This document shows positions 40,785-50,269 of a DNA stretch of 64,000 bases, one piece after another. Below the pieces are notes generated by a model. That model worked only from the letters and a program-made list of their open reading frames with translations. It was not told the DNA's origin and did no database searches. Within the stretch, counting starts at the first letter, position 1. Each line of letters begins with the position of its first letter. The position numbers and the translations under genes were made by a program. The DNA is from an uncultured Actinomycetota bacterium (GTDB taxonomy: Bacteria; Actinomycetota; Actinomycetes; Actinomycetales; Microbacteriaceae): positions 57,524 to 121,523 of the forward strand of contig CAVPED010000003.1 in assembly GCA_963702815.1 (NCBI GenBank). The letters run 5' to 3'.

Positions 40785-40915
40785 TATACTCGACGTGTCC
40801 GGTGGGAACGAACCCGCCGGTGCTCGAAAAAAGGGCACGCAGCCGATCCGGTCAGATCCGGGCGCGCGAGACACATACGGCCTCATCCTCCGTTCCTGTC
40901 TCTCCGGGAGTCCCC
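40785..40915 (+). promoter_or_regulatory. -10 box and structured 5' leader (candidate cis-regulatory RNA)
   Basis: TATACT at 40785-90, then a closing stem GTGTC/GACAC around three hairpins, about 120 nt before the ATG at 40916. Confidence 0.55.
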
Positions 40916-42569
40916 ATGCCCACCGTGTCCGCGCACGTCGCCGTCACCCTCGCCCGCCACATCGACCACGTGTTCGGGGTGATGGGCAACGGCAACGCCT
41001 GGTTCCTCGACGCGCTCGTGCGCGACACCTCGGCGACCTACACCGCCGTCCGGCACGAGGCCGGCGCCGTCGTCGCGGCCGACGCCCACTATCGGGCGGG
41101 CGGCGGGCTCGCGGCGGCCACCGCGACCTACGGCGCCGGCTTCACCAACACCCTGACGGCCCTCGCCGAGGCGGTGCAGGCGCACGTGCCGCTCGTGCTC
41201 GTCGTGGGCGACGAGCCGACGTCGGGCCCGCGTCCGTGGGACGTCGACCAGATCGCCCTCGCGTCGGCCGTCGGAGCACGCACCTACACGGTCGGACGAG
41301 CGGATGCCGCTGCCACGACCGTCATCGCGATCGAGCACGCGCTCACCTACCGCATGCCCGCGGTGCTCGCGATCCCGTACGACGTCGCGACCCGCGAGGC
41401 GGGTCCCGTGCCCGAGGCGCCCGCACCGGTGCTGCCGGCGCCGCTCTCCCCCACCGGTCCCTTCGCCGCGGCCGCCGTCGCAGACCTCGCGCGCGCTCTC
41501 GCGACAGCTGAGCGGCCCGTTCCTCCTCGCCGGCCGCGGCGCGTGGGTGTCGGGAGCCGGTGAGGCGCTCGGCGCGCTGGCCGACGCGACCGGCGCGGTG
41601 ACCGCCTCGACCGCGCTCGGACGCGGGATCTTCCCGCGCCCGGAGTTCGACCTCGGGGTGACCGGAGGGTTCGGCGCCGAGGGGGCCATGGCGCTCGTGC
41701 GCGAGGCCGACGTCGCGGTGGTGTTCGGGGCATCCCTCAACCCGTTCACGATGCGGTTCGGCGAGCTGTTCGCGCCCGGGACACGGGTCGTCCAGGTCGA
41801 TGTCGCGCCGGCCGCGACGCACCCGCACGTCGGCGGGTATCTCCGCGCCGACGCGACCGTCGTGGCGCAGACGCTCGTCGACGAGCTCCGCCGGCTCGAC
41901 GCGACGCCATCCGGATGGCGGGAGGCGATCGACCTCTCACCGCTGCGAGCGTACGATCGCGGCGACGAGGTCGCGCCCGACGGCAGGCTCGACCCGCGCA
42001 GCGTCGCTGCGCGCATCGGCGAGCTGCTGCCCGAGGACCGCGTCGTCGTCTCGGACGGCGGGCACTTCATCGGCTGGGCGAACATGTACTGGCCGGTCGC
42101 ATCGCCCGATCGCATGATGATGGTCGGCACCGCCTACCAGTCGATCGGCCTCGGGTTCCCGTCCGTGCCGGGGGCCGTCCTGGCGAAGCCCGAGTCCACC
42201 GTCGTCCTCACGACGGGCGACGGCGGCGGCCTGATGGCCCTCGCCGACCTCGAGTCGGCCGTCCGGGTGGCCGGCGGCCGGGGCATGGCTGTCGTGTGGA
42301 ACGACGGCGCCTACGGCGCCGAGGTCAACCTCTACGGCCTCAAGGGTGTGGCGCAGGAGCCCATGCTGATCCCCGAGGTCGACTTCGCCGGCCTCGCCCG
42401 GTCCGTCGGGGCCGAAGGCGTCATCGTGCGGACCCTCGCGGATCTCGACCGCCTCGAGTCATGGGCGGCGGAGGATGCGGCATCCCGGCCCTTCCTGCTG
42501 CTCGACTGCCGCATCTCGGGCGCGGTGATCGCTCCCTATCAGCACGAGATCATCCGGGTGAACTCGTAG
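40916..42569 (+). CDS. Thiamine diphosphate-dependent enzyme, ALS/decarboxylase/lyase superfamily (indel ~41515)
   Basis: FGVMGNGN, catalytic RHE, GAGFTN, ThDP motif GDGG...WNDGAYG. Confidence 0.88.
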
Positions 42570-42595
42570 CCCGCGAGGCCGGTCACCGAGCCCGG

Positions 42596-42666
42596 TCGCC
42601 GAGGCAGGGGATGTCGCCGAGACGGGCCGCGTGCGACCCGGTCTCGGCGCACACCCCCGCCTCGAC
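42596..42666. repeat. REP-like nested inverted repeat, copy 1
   Basis: TCGCCGAGGCAGGGGATGTCGCCGAGACGGG...CCCGGTCTCGGCG...CCCCGCCTCG; similar to 60568-60639. Confidence 0.65.
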
Positions 42667-42671
42667 GCTGG

Positions 42672-42734
42672 GCGCACGCCGAAAGGGCGGTCCCGGCATC
42701 CGGAACCGCCCTTCCCGTGCGATCAGGCGTGCGC
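42672..42734. terminator. Bidirectional hairpin between convergent genes
   Basis: GCGCACGCC-GAAAGGGCGGT.CCGG-cat-CCGG.ACCGCCCTT...GGCGTGCGC. Confidence 0.6.
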
Positions 42735-42735
42735 G

Positions 42736-44127
42736 TCAGGCCTTCGCCATGCCGTAGATCGGGCTGACCGACTGCTCGGCCTCGTGGTCGGGCCCGAGCG
42801 GGATGCGCGAGCGGTCCCGCAGCAGCAGGGTCGCGACGAGACCGACGAGCGTCATGCCCGCGAGGTAGTACGCGACCGACCAGGTCGACCCGGTCGCCGC
42901 CACGAGCGCCGCGGCGATCGTCGGTGCGAACGCGCCGCCGATGATCGCGCCGATCGCGTACGAGATCGAGACGCCCGAGAAGCGGATCGATGCCGGGAAC
43001 AGCTCGGAGTACAGCGCCGCCTGGGGCCCGTAGGTGAAGCCGAGGCCGATCGTGAGGATCGCGAGGCCGAGGAACAGCATCCCGATCTCGCCCGTGTTGA
43101 CCAGCGGGAACAGGGTGAAGACGCCGACGAGCTGCATGATCCAGCCGATGATGTAGGTCGTGCGGCGGCCGATGCGGTCCGAGATCCAGCCGGCGAAGAA
43201 CGTCGAAAGCAGCCAGACCACGGCCGAGCCGGCGACGGCCCAGAGCACCGGGCCGCGCTCGAGTCCGATCGGTCCGTCGGGGTTCGTGGAGTAGTTCTGG
43301 ATGTAGCCGCCGGTCGTCATGTAGCCGACCGCGTTGTTGCCGGCGAAGACGAGGGCGGCGATCAGGACGAGCAGCGCGTGCTTGCGGAACAGCTGCACGA
43401 TCGGCATCCGGGTGACTTCCTTGCGCTCAGCGAGCTCGGTGAACACGGGGCTCTCCTCGACGCGCCGGCGCACGTAGTAGCCGATCACGATGAGCACGAC
43501 CGAGAGCAGGAACGGCACGCGCCAGCCCCACGCGAGGAACGCGTCACCGGGAGCGATCAGGGCCATCAGCGCCATGACGCCCGAGGCCAGCAGCAGACCG
43601 AGCGGCACGCCGATCTGCGGCGAGGCGCCGAACAGCCCGCGCTTGGTCTTGGGGGCGTGCTCGACGGCCATCAGCACCGCGCCGCCCCACTCGCCGCCCG
43701 CCGAGATGCCCTGCAGGATGCGCAGGAGGATCAGCAGCGCCGGCGCCCACGCGCCGATCGCCTCATACGTGGGCAGCAGGCCGATCAGTGCGGTCGCGAC
43801 GCCCATGAGGATGAGGGTCAGCATCAGCACGACCTTGCGGCCGTACTTGTCGCCGAAGTGCCCCGCGAGGAAGGCGCCCAGCGGACGGAACAGGAAGCTG
43901 ATGCCCACTGTCAGGAAGGCCAGGATCTGGCCGAACTCCTCACCGGCGGGAGCGAAGAAGAGCTGGCCGAAGACCAGTCCCACCGCCGTCGCGTAGATGA
44001 AGAAGTCGTACCACTCGACCGTGGTGCCCACGACGGTCGCGAAGACGACGCGCCGGCGGTCGCCCGTGGTGGCGATGGTCCCGGTGGGGGTGAACCCCTC
44101 GGGAGTTCTGGTGTCTCGTGTGCTCAT
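42736..44127 (-). CDS. MFS transporter, metabolite:H+ symporter (ShiA/MHS) family
   Basis: GTTVEWYDFFIY, RPLGAFLAGHFGDKYGRK, QGISAGGEWGGA, EESPVF, ELFP..IRFSG. Confidence 0.93.
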   Translation of the reverse strand: MSTRDTRTPEGFTPTGTIATTGDRRRVVFATVVGTTVEWYDFFIYATAVGLVFGQLFFAPAGEEFGQILAFLTVGISFLFRPLGAFLAGHFGDKYGRKVVLMLTLILMGVATALIGLLPTYEAIGAWAPALLILLRILQGISAGGEWGGAVLMAVEHAPKTKRGLFGASPQIGVPLGLLLASGVMALMALIAPGDAFLAWGWRVPFLLSVVLIVIGYYVRRRVEESPVFTELAERKEVTRMPIVQLFRKHALLVLIAALVFAGNNAVGYMTTGGYIQNYSTNPDGPIGLERGPVLWAVAGSAVVWLLSTFFAGWISDRIGRRTTYIIGWIMQLVGVFTLFPLVNTGEIGMLFLGLAILTIGLGFTYGPQAALYSELFPASIRFSGVSISYAIGAIIGGAFAPTIAAALVAATGSTWSVAYYLAGMTLVGLVATLLLRDRSRIPLGPDHEAEQSVSPIYGMAKA

Positions 44128-44200
44128 TGTGACGTCCTCGTCTGTTCGGCTTCATCGTCCGGGTCGGGCTGAGAATCGCTGTTGCCCGATATCCGTCGAT

Positions 44201-44222
44201 GATATACGATTTGAGATACGAC
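44201..44222. promoter_or_regulatory. Direct repeat GA.ATACGA in the MFS/hpaG divergent promoter (putative GntR site)
   Basis: GATATACGAT-tt-GAGATACGAC, 12-bp period, in an AT-rich patch. Confidence 0.5.
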
Positions 44223-44240
44223 GCAAGAGCGAGGGAGCTC

Positions 44241-45893
44241 ATGACCACTGAGACGGATGCTGCGGACCCCAGGTTCGCCGGACTGCCGGCCCGCCCCGGC
44301 AAGATCATCGCGGTGCACCTCAGCTACGCCTCCCGCGCAGACCAGCGCGGTCGCAGGCCCTCCGACCCGTCGTACTTCTTCAAGCCGTCCAGTTCTGTCG
44401 CGGCATCCGGCGGCACGATCGCCCGCCCCGCGGGCACCGAGCTGCTGGCGTTCGAGGGCGAGATCGCGCTCGTGATCGGCACGGCCGCACGGCAGCGTGT
44501 CACTCGCCGACGCCTGGCAGCCACGTCGGGTGGGTGACGGCCGCGAATGACTTCGGGCTGTACGACCTGCGCGCGAACGACAAGGGCTCGAACGTGAGGT
44601 CCAAGGGCGGCGACGGCTTCACGCCGATCGGCCCGTCGCTGATCGACGCCCGCTCGGTCGATCCCGCCGCGCTGCGGCTGCGCACGTGGGTCAACGGCGA
44701 GGTCGTGCAGGACGACACCACCGCGGGGCTCATCTTCCCGCTCGCCCAGTTCGTCGCCGATCTGTCGCAGCACTTCACCCTCGAGCCGGGCGACGTGATC
44801 CTCACCGGCACACCGGCCGGATCATCCGTCGTCGTCCCCGGCGACGTGGTCGAGGTCGAGGTCGACGTGCCGGACGGGCCGAGCTCGGGACGGCTGGTCA
44901 CCACGGTGATCGAGGCAGCGGATGCCGGCTTCGACCCCGCGATCGGCTCGCTGCCCGCCGTGGACGACGTGCAGCGCGCGGAGGCGTGGGGGTCGAGGGA
45001 GGCCGCGGGGCTTCCGGCGGAGACCGGCCTTGCTGACGCATCCGCTCCCGCTCGCGAAACCGGCGGTCTGCGGGACGCGGGCACGTCCGGCGCGGATGCA
45101 CCTGCCTCGGGCGCGGCGCCTGTTCTCGACGAGGGCCTGCGCGCCAAGCTCGAGCGCACCCCGGTCGCCGGACTCTCTGCCCAGCTGCGCAAGCGCGGGC
45201 TCGACAACGTGACGATCGACGGCGTCCGGGCCCTCACGCCGGGCGTCAAGCTCGTCGGCACCGCCAAGACGCTCCGCTTCGTGCCCAACCGCGAAGACCT
45301 CTTCGCCTCGCACGGCGGCGGGTACAACGCGCAGAAGCGCGCATTCGACACCGTCGGCGCCGGTGAGGTCATCGTCATCGAGGCGCGCGGCGAGGCCGGC
45401 TCGGGCACGCTCGGCGATGTCCTCGCGATCCGCGCCCACGCCCGCCACGCCGCGGGGATCGTCACGGACGGAGGGGTCCGGGATGCCGAGGCCGTCGCAT
45501 CCGTCGGCATCCCCGTCTTCTCGAACGGCGCCCACCCCGCCGTCCTCGGGCGCCGGCACGTCCCGTGGGACGCAGACGTCACGGTCGGCTGCGGCGGCAC
45601 GACCGTGCAGCCCGGCGACATCATCGTCGGCGACGCCGACGGGGTCATCGTCATCCCGCCGGGGATCGCGGAGGAGGTCGTCGACGCGGCACTCGCCCAG
45701 GAGGAGGAAGACGGCTGGATCGCCGACCGCGTCGCGGAGGGGCATCCCGTCGAAGGGCTCTTCCCGATGAACGCCGACTGGCGCGCGCGGTTCGAGGCGG
45801 AACGGACAGCGCGCCGTCTCCGGCGAGCGCGCGGCACCGCCGACCCAGCGCTCGCACGAGAGTGCCGCTGTCAGCGGCGGTGCGGGCCGATGA
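44241..45893 (+). CDS. Fumarylacetoacetate-hydrolase domain fused to an RraA/HMG-aldolase domain (HpaG-like; indels, 3' end approximate)
   Basis: FAH: GKIIAVHLSY, FFKP, FEGEIA, AAND, KGGDGFTPIGP, TLEPGDVILTGTP. RraA: GTLGDVLA..IVTDGGVRD, VQPGDIIVGDADGVIVIP. Confidence 0.85.
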
Positions 45894-46603
45894 CCGGGGT
45901 CGATGCCCCGGCGCCTCCGGTGCGCACGGAATTCAGCAAGTCGCAGCGGGCCTACCAGTGGATCAAGGAGCGCATCGCGCGCCACGAGTACACGCCGGGC
46001 TACCGGCTCGTCCTCGGCACGATCGCCGGCGAGCTCGACATGAGCGTCGTGCCCGTGCGCGAGGCCGTGCGCCAGCTCGAGGCCGAGGGGCTCGTGACCT
46101 TCGAGCGCAACGTCGGGGCACGCGTGACGCTGGTCGATGAGTCCGAGTACGTCCACACGATGCAGACGCTGGGCATCGTCGAAGGCTCGGCGACGGCGCT
46201 GTCGGCGCCCCTGCTGACAGCGCAGGACCTCGACCGCGCGGCGGCCGTGAACGACCGCATGCACGCACTGCTCGACCACTTCGACCCGCACGCGTTCACC
46301 GAGCTCAACCAGCAGTTCCACTCCGTGCTCTACGAGCCGTGCCCGAACCCCCTCCTCCTCGACCTCGTGCACCGCGGCTGGTCGCGCCTCTCGGGCCTGC
46401 GCGACACGACGTTCGCGTTCGTCCCCGGTCGCGCGCAGCACTCGGTCGAGGAGCACGCCGAGATCCTCGATCTCATCCGCTCCGGCGCCGATCCGCTCGA
46501 GGTCGAGCTGGCGGCGCGCAACCACCGCTGGCGCACGATGAACGCGTTCCTCGACGCCCGGCATCCCGACTACTTCGCACCACTGACGACAGGAAACCCA
46601 TGA
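45890..46603 (+). CDS. GntR-family (FCD) transcriptional regulator
   Basis: PGYRLV..IAGELDMSVVPVREAVRQLEAEGLV, NQQFH, EHAEIL; starts at an ATGA overlap. Confidence 0.9.
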   Translation: MTGVDAPAPPVRTEFSKSQRAYQWIKERIARHEYTPGYRLVLGTIAGELDMSVVPVREAVRQLEAEGLVTFERNVGARVTLVDESEYVHTMQTLGIVEGSATALSAPLLTAQDLDRAAAVNDRMHALLDHFDPHAFTELNQQFHSVLYEPCPNPLLLDLVHRGWSRLSGLRDTTFAFVPGRAQHSVEEHAEILDLIRSGADPLEVELAARNHRWRTMNAFLDARHPDYFAPLTTGNP

Positions 46604-48177
46604 CTGACACCGCCACCATTACTCCGGTTCCTGAGCCTGTCGAAGGGCGGCACGTGCCCGACGACCTGCCCACGCGCATCCAGCACTACATCGACGGCGA
46701 GTTCGTCGACTCGGCCGACGGCGACACGTTCGACGTGCTCGACCCCGTGTCCAACGAGGTCTACCTGCAGGCCGCCGCCGGCAAGAAGGCCGACATCGAC
46801 CGCGCCGTCGCGGCCGCGCGACGCGCCTTCACCGAAGGACCGTGGCCCCGGATGCTGCCCCGCGAGCGCTCGCGGGTCCTGCACCGCATCGCCGACATCG
46901 TGGAGTCCCGCGACGCCCGGCTCGCCGAGCTCGAGAGCTTCGACTCCGGCCTGCCGATCACGCAGGCGCTCGGCCAGGCCCGGCGCGCGGCCGAGAACTT
47001 CCGGTTCTTCGCCGACCTGATCGTGGCGCAGGCCGACGACACCTACAAGGTGCCCGGTCGCCAGATCAACTACGTCAACCGCAAGCCGATCGGCGTCGCC
47101 GGGCTCATCACGCCGTGGAACACGCCGTTCATGCTCGAGTCGTGGAAGCTCGGCCCGGCCCTCGCGACGGGCAACACGGTCGTGCTGAAGCCGGCCGAGT
47201 TCACTCCCCTCTCGGCGTCGCTGTGGGCGGGGATCTTCGAAGAGGCCGGGCTCCCGAAGGGCGTGTTCAACCTCGTCAACGGACTCGGCGAGGATGCCGG
47301 CGACGCGCTGGTGAAGCATCCCGATGTCCCTCTCATCTCGTTCACGGGCGAGAGCTCGACCGGGCAGCTGATCTTCGGCAACGCGGCCCCGTTCCTCAAG
47401 GGCCTGTCGATGGAGCTCGGCGGCAAGTCGCCCGCCGTCGTGTTCGCCGACGCCGACCTCGACGCCGCGGTCGACGCGACGATCTTCGGCGTCTTCTCGC
47501 TCAACGGCGAGCGCTGCACGGCCGGCTCGCGGATCCTCGTGGAGCGCGAGGTGTACGACGAGTTCGTCGAGCGCTACGCGGCGCAGGCGAAGCGCGTCGT
47601 CGTGGGCTACCCGCACGACCCCGCGACCGAGGTCGGCGCGCTCGTGCACCCCGAGCACTACGACAAGGTCGTCTCGTACATCGAGATCGGCAAGTCCGAG
47701 GCCCGGCTCGTCGCGGGCGGCGGACGGCCCGAGGGCTTCGAGACCGGCAACTTCGTCGAGCCGACGGTCTTCGCGGATGTCGCGCCCGACGCGCGGATCT
47801 TCCAGGAGGAGATCTTCGGACCCGTCGTCGCGATCACCCCGTTCGACACCGACGAAGAGGCGCTGGCGCTCGCGAACAACACCAAGTACGGCCTCGCCGC
47901 CTACATCTGGACCAACGACCTGAAGCGCGCGCACAACTTCTCGCAGGCGGTCGAGGCCGGGATGGTGTGGCTCAACTCGAACAACGTCCGCGACCTCCGC
48001 ACGCCCTTCGGCGGAGTCAAGGCATCGGGCCTCGGGCACGAGGGCGGCTACCGCTCGATCGACTTCTACACCGACCAGCAGGCCGTGCACATCACGCTCG
48101 GCGAGGTCCACAACCCCACGTTCGGCAAGGCCGCGCACCACGACGTCACCGACCTCGACGATCCCGACCCGCGCTGA
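46600..48177 (+). CDS. hpaE: 5-carboxymethyl-2-hydroxymuconate semialdehyde dehydrogenase
   Basis: DSGLPITQ, RAAENFRFF, TPWNTPFML, SMELGGKSP, FSLNGERCTAGSR, RDLRTPFGG. Confidence 0.93.
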   Translation: MTDTATITPVPEPVEGRHVPDDLPTRIQHYIDGEFVDSADGDTFDVLDPVSNEVYLQAAAGKKADIDRAVAAARRAFTEGPWPRMLPRERSRVLHRIADIVESRDARLAELESFDSGLPITQALGQARRAAENFRFFADLIVAQADDTYKVPGRQINYVNRKPIGVAGLITPWNTPFMLESWKLGPALATGNTVVLKPAEFTPLSASLWAGIFEEAGLPKGVFNLVNGLGEDAGDALVKHPDVPLISFTGESSTGQLIFGNAAPFLKGLSMELGGKSPAVVFADADLDAAVDATIFGVFSLNGERCTAGSRILVEREVYDEFVERYAAQAKRVVVGYPHDPATEVGALVHPEHYDKVVSYIEIGKSEARLVAGGGRPEGFETGNFVEPTVFADVAPDARIFQEEIFGPVVAITPFDTDEEALALANNTKYGLAAYIWTNDLKRAHNFSQAVEAGMVWLNSNNVRDLRTPFGGVKASGLGHEGGYRSIDFYTDQQAVHITLGEVHNPTFGKAAHHDVTDLDDPDPR

Positions 48178-48193
48178 CTCTCCCCCAGCCCCT

Positions 48194-48252
48194 TCGAGTC
48201 GCCAAGACACGCCGACCGTCCGACATCCCGTCGGCGTGTATCGACCACTCGA
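48194..48252 (+). repeat. Long intergenic inverted repeat between hpaE and hpaD
   Basis: TCGAGT...ACACGCCGAC-loop-GTCGGCGTGT...ACTCGA. Confidence 0.55.
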
Positions 48253-48281
48253 CGAAATCCGACACCACGCAAGGACGCGAA

Positions 48282-49431
48282 ATGACACACGACAAGACCC
48301 GCACCTCCTCCGGCTTCTACGTCTCGCAGGAGGCGCCGATCCACTCCGACAACCCGGTGGCGACGCCCCAGGCCAGCCCGCCCGACATCCTGCGATGCGC
48401 GTACATGGAGCTCGTGGTCACCGACCTCGCGGCATCCCGTGAGTTCTACGTGGACGTCCTGGGCCTGTACGTCACCGAAGAGGACGGCGAGGCGATCTAC
48501 CTGCGCTCGACCGAGGAGTTCATCCACCACAACCTCGTGCTGCGCCAGGGTCCGGTCGCCGCGGTCGCGGCGTTCTCGTACCGGGTGCGCGCGGCGGAGG
48601 ATCTCGACAAGGCGGTCGCGTTCTACGAGGAGCTCGGATGCCGCATCGAGCGCCGTGCGGAGGGCTTCACGAAGGGCATCGGCGACTCCGTGCGCGTGAC
48701 CGACCCGCTCGGGTTCCCGTACGAGTTCTTCCACCAGACCGAGCACGTCGAGCGCCTCTCCTGGCGCTACGACCTGCACACTCCCGGCGAGCTCGTGCGC
48801 CTCGACCACTTCAACCAGGTGACCCCCGACGTTCCCCGCGCTGTCGCGTTCATGCAGGACCTCGGGCTTCCGCGTGACGGAGGACATCCAGGACGACGAG
48901 GGCACCGTCTACGCCGCGTGGATGCGCCGCAAGCCCACCGTGCACGACACCGCGATGACCGGCGGCGACGGGCCGCGCATGCACCACGTCGCCTTCGCGA
49001 CCCACGAGAAGCACAACATCCTCGCGATCTGCGACAAGCTCGGGGCGCTCCGCCGCTCCGACGCGATCGAGCGCGGCCCGGGCCGCCACGGCGTGTCGAA
49101 CGCCTTCTACCTGTACCTCCGCGACCCCGACGGGCACCGCGTCGAGATCTACACGCAGGACTACTACACCGGCGACCCCGACAACCCGGTCGTCACGTGG
49201 GACGTCCACGACAACCAGCGCCGCGACTGGTGGGGAAACCCCGTCGTCCCGTCCTGGTACACCGAGGCATCCCTCGTCCTCGACCTCGACGGCAACCCGC
49301 AGCCGGTCGTCGCGCGCACCGACAGCTCGAGCGAGATGGCGGTCACGATCGGCGCGGACGGCTTCTCGTACACCCGGCCGGCTGAAGGGGCGGCGTCGAT
49401 GCCCGAGTACAAGCTCGGCGCGCAGCTCTAG
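48282..49431 (+). CDS. hpaD: 3,4-dihydroxyphenylacetate (homoprotocatechuate) 2,3-dioxygenase (indel ~48868)
   Basis: PDILRCAYMELVVTDL, RLDHFN, TVHDTA, RMHHVAF, GPGRHGVSNAFYLY, EIYTQDY, RRDWWG; Arthrobacter/Brevibacterium HPCD type. Confidence 0.95.
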
Positions 49432-49443
49432 ATCGTCAGGCGG

Positions 49444-50269
49444 ATGATGTCGATAGAGCCTCAGAGCGGCCACTCGATCCGGCGGCTCTCGCCCGACCAG
49501 ATCGCGGCGATCGCCGCCGAGCTCGCCGATGCCGACCGCACGCACAGCGTGATCCCGCGCATCACGGCGCGCTACCCCGACGCGACGGTCGAGGACTCCT
49601 ATGCGATCCAGGGGGTGTGGCGCGACGCGAACCTCGCGGCCGGACGCCGGCTCGTCGGGCGGAAGATCGGCCTGACGAGCAAGGCGATGCAGCAGGCGAC
49701 CGGCATCACCGAGCCGGACTACGGCGTGATGTTCGACGACACCGTGTACGAGTCGGGCGCCGACATCCCGGTCGATCACTTCTCCAACGTCCGCATCGAG
49801 GTCGAGCTGGCGTTCGTGCTGAAGACGGCGCTCGAGGGCCCCGACTGCACGCTGGAGGACGCCCTCGCGGCGATCGACTACGCCGTCCCCGCCCTCGAGA
49901 TCCTGAACTCGCACATCGAGCTCGAGGGCCGCACGATCGTCGACACGATCGCCGACAACGCCGCGTACGGCGGCATGGTGCTCGGCGCGGTGCACAAGCG
50001 CCCCGACGAGATCGACCTGCGCTGGGTGCCGGCACTCCTCTACAAGAACGACGAGATCGAAGAGACCGGCGTCGCCGCCGGGCGTGCTCGACCACCCGGC
50101 GACCGGCGTCGCGTGGCTCGCCAACAAGTTCCACCAGCACGGTGCCAGGCTCGAGGCGGGCGAGATCATCCTCGCCGGGTCGTTCACCCGGCCCATGTGG
50201 GTCTCACGCGGCGACACCGTCCGCTGCGACTACGGACCGATGGGAGTCATCACATGCCGCTTCAGCTGA
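49444..50269 (+). CDS. hpaH: 2-oxo-hept-3-ene-1,7-dioate hydratase (indel ~50080)
   Basis: SYAIQ, GRKIGLTSKAMQ..EPDYG, RIEVELAF, DTIADNAA, HPATGVAWLAN, LAGSFTRP. Confidence 0.9.

Noticed and set aside
40795-40874. tRNA-like cloverleaf
   Set aside because: No TTC T-loop, D-loop GG or CCA end, and only a 5-bp closing stem; kept instead as a candidate cis-regulatory RNA.
44534-46603. Apparent FAH-RraA-GntR triple fusion; likewise HpaH-HpaI (49444..51057)
   Set aside because: The ATGA overlap at 45890 and the separate hpaH stop at 50269 indicate distinct genes merged by indels; only the FAH-RraA junction looks genuine.
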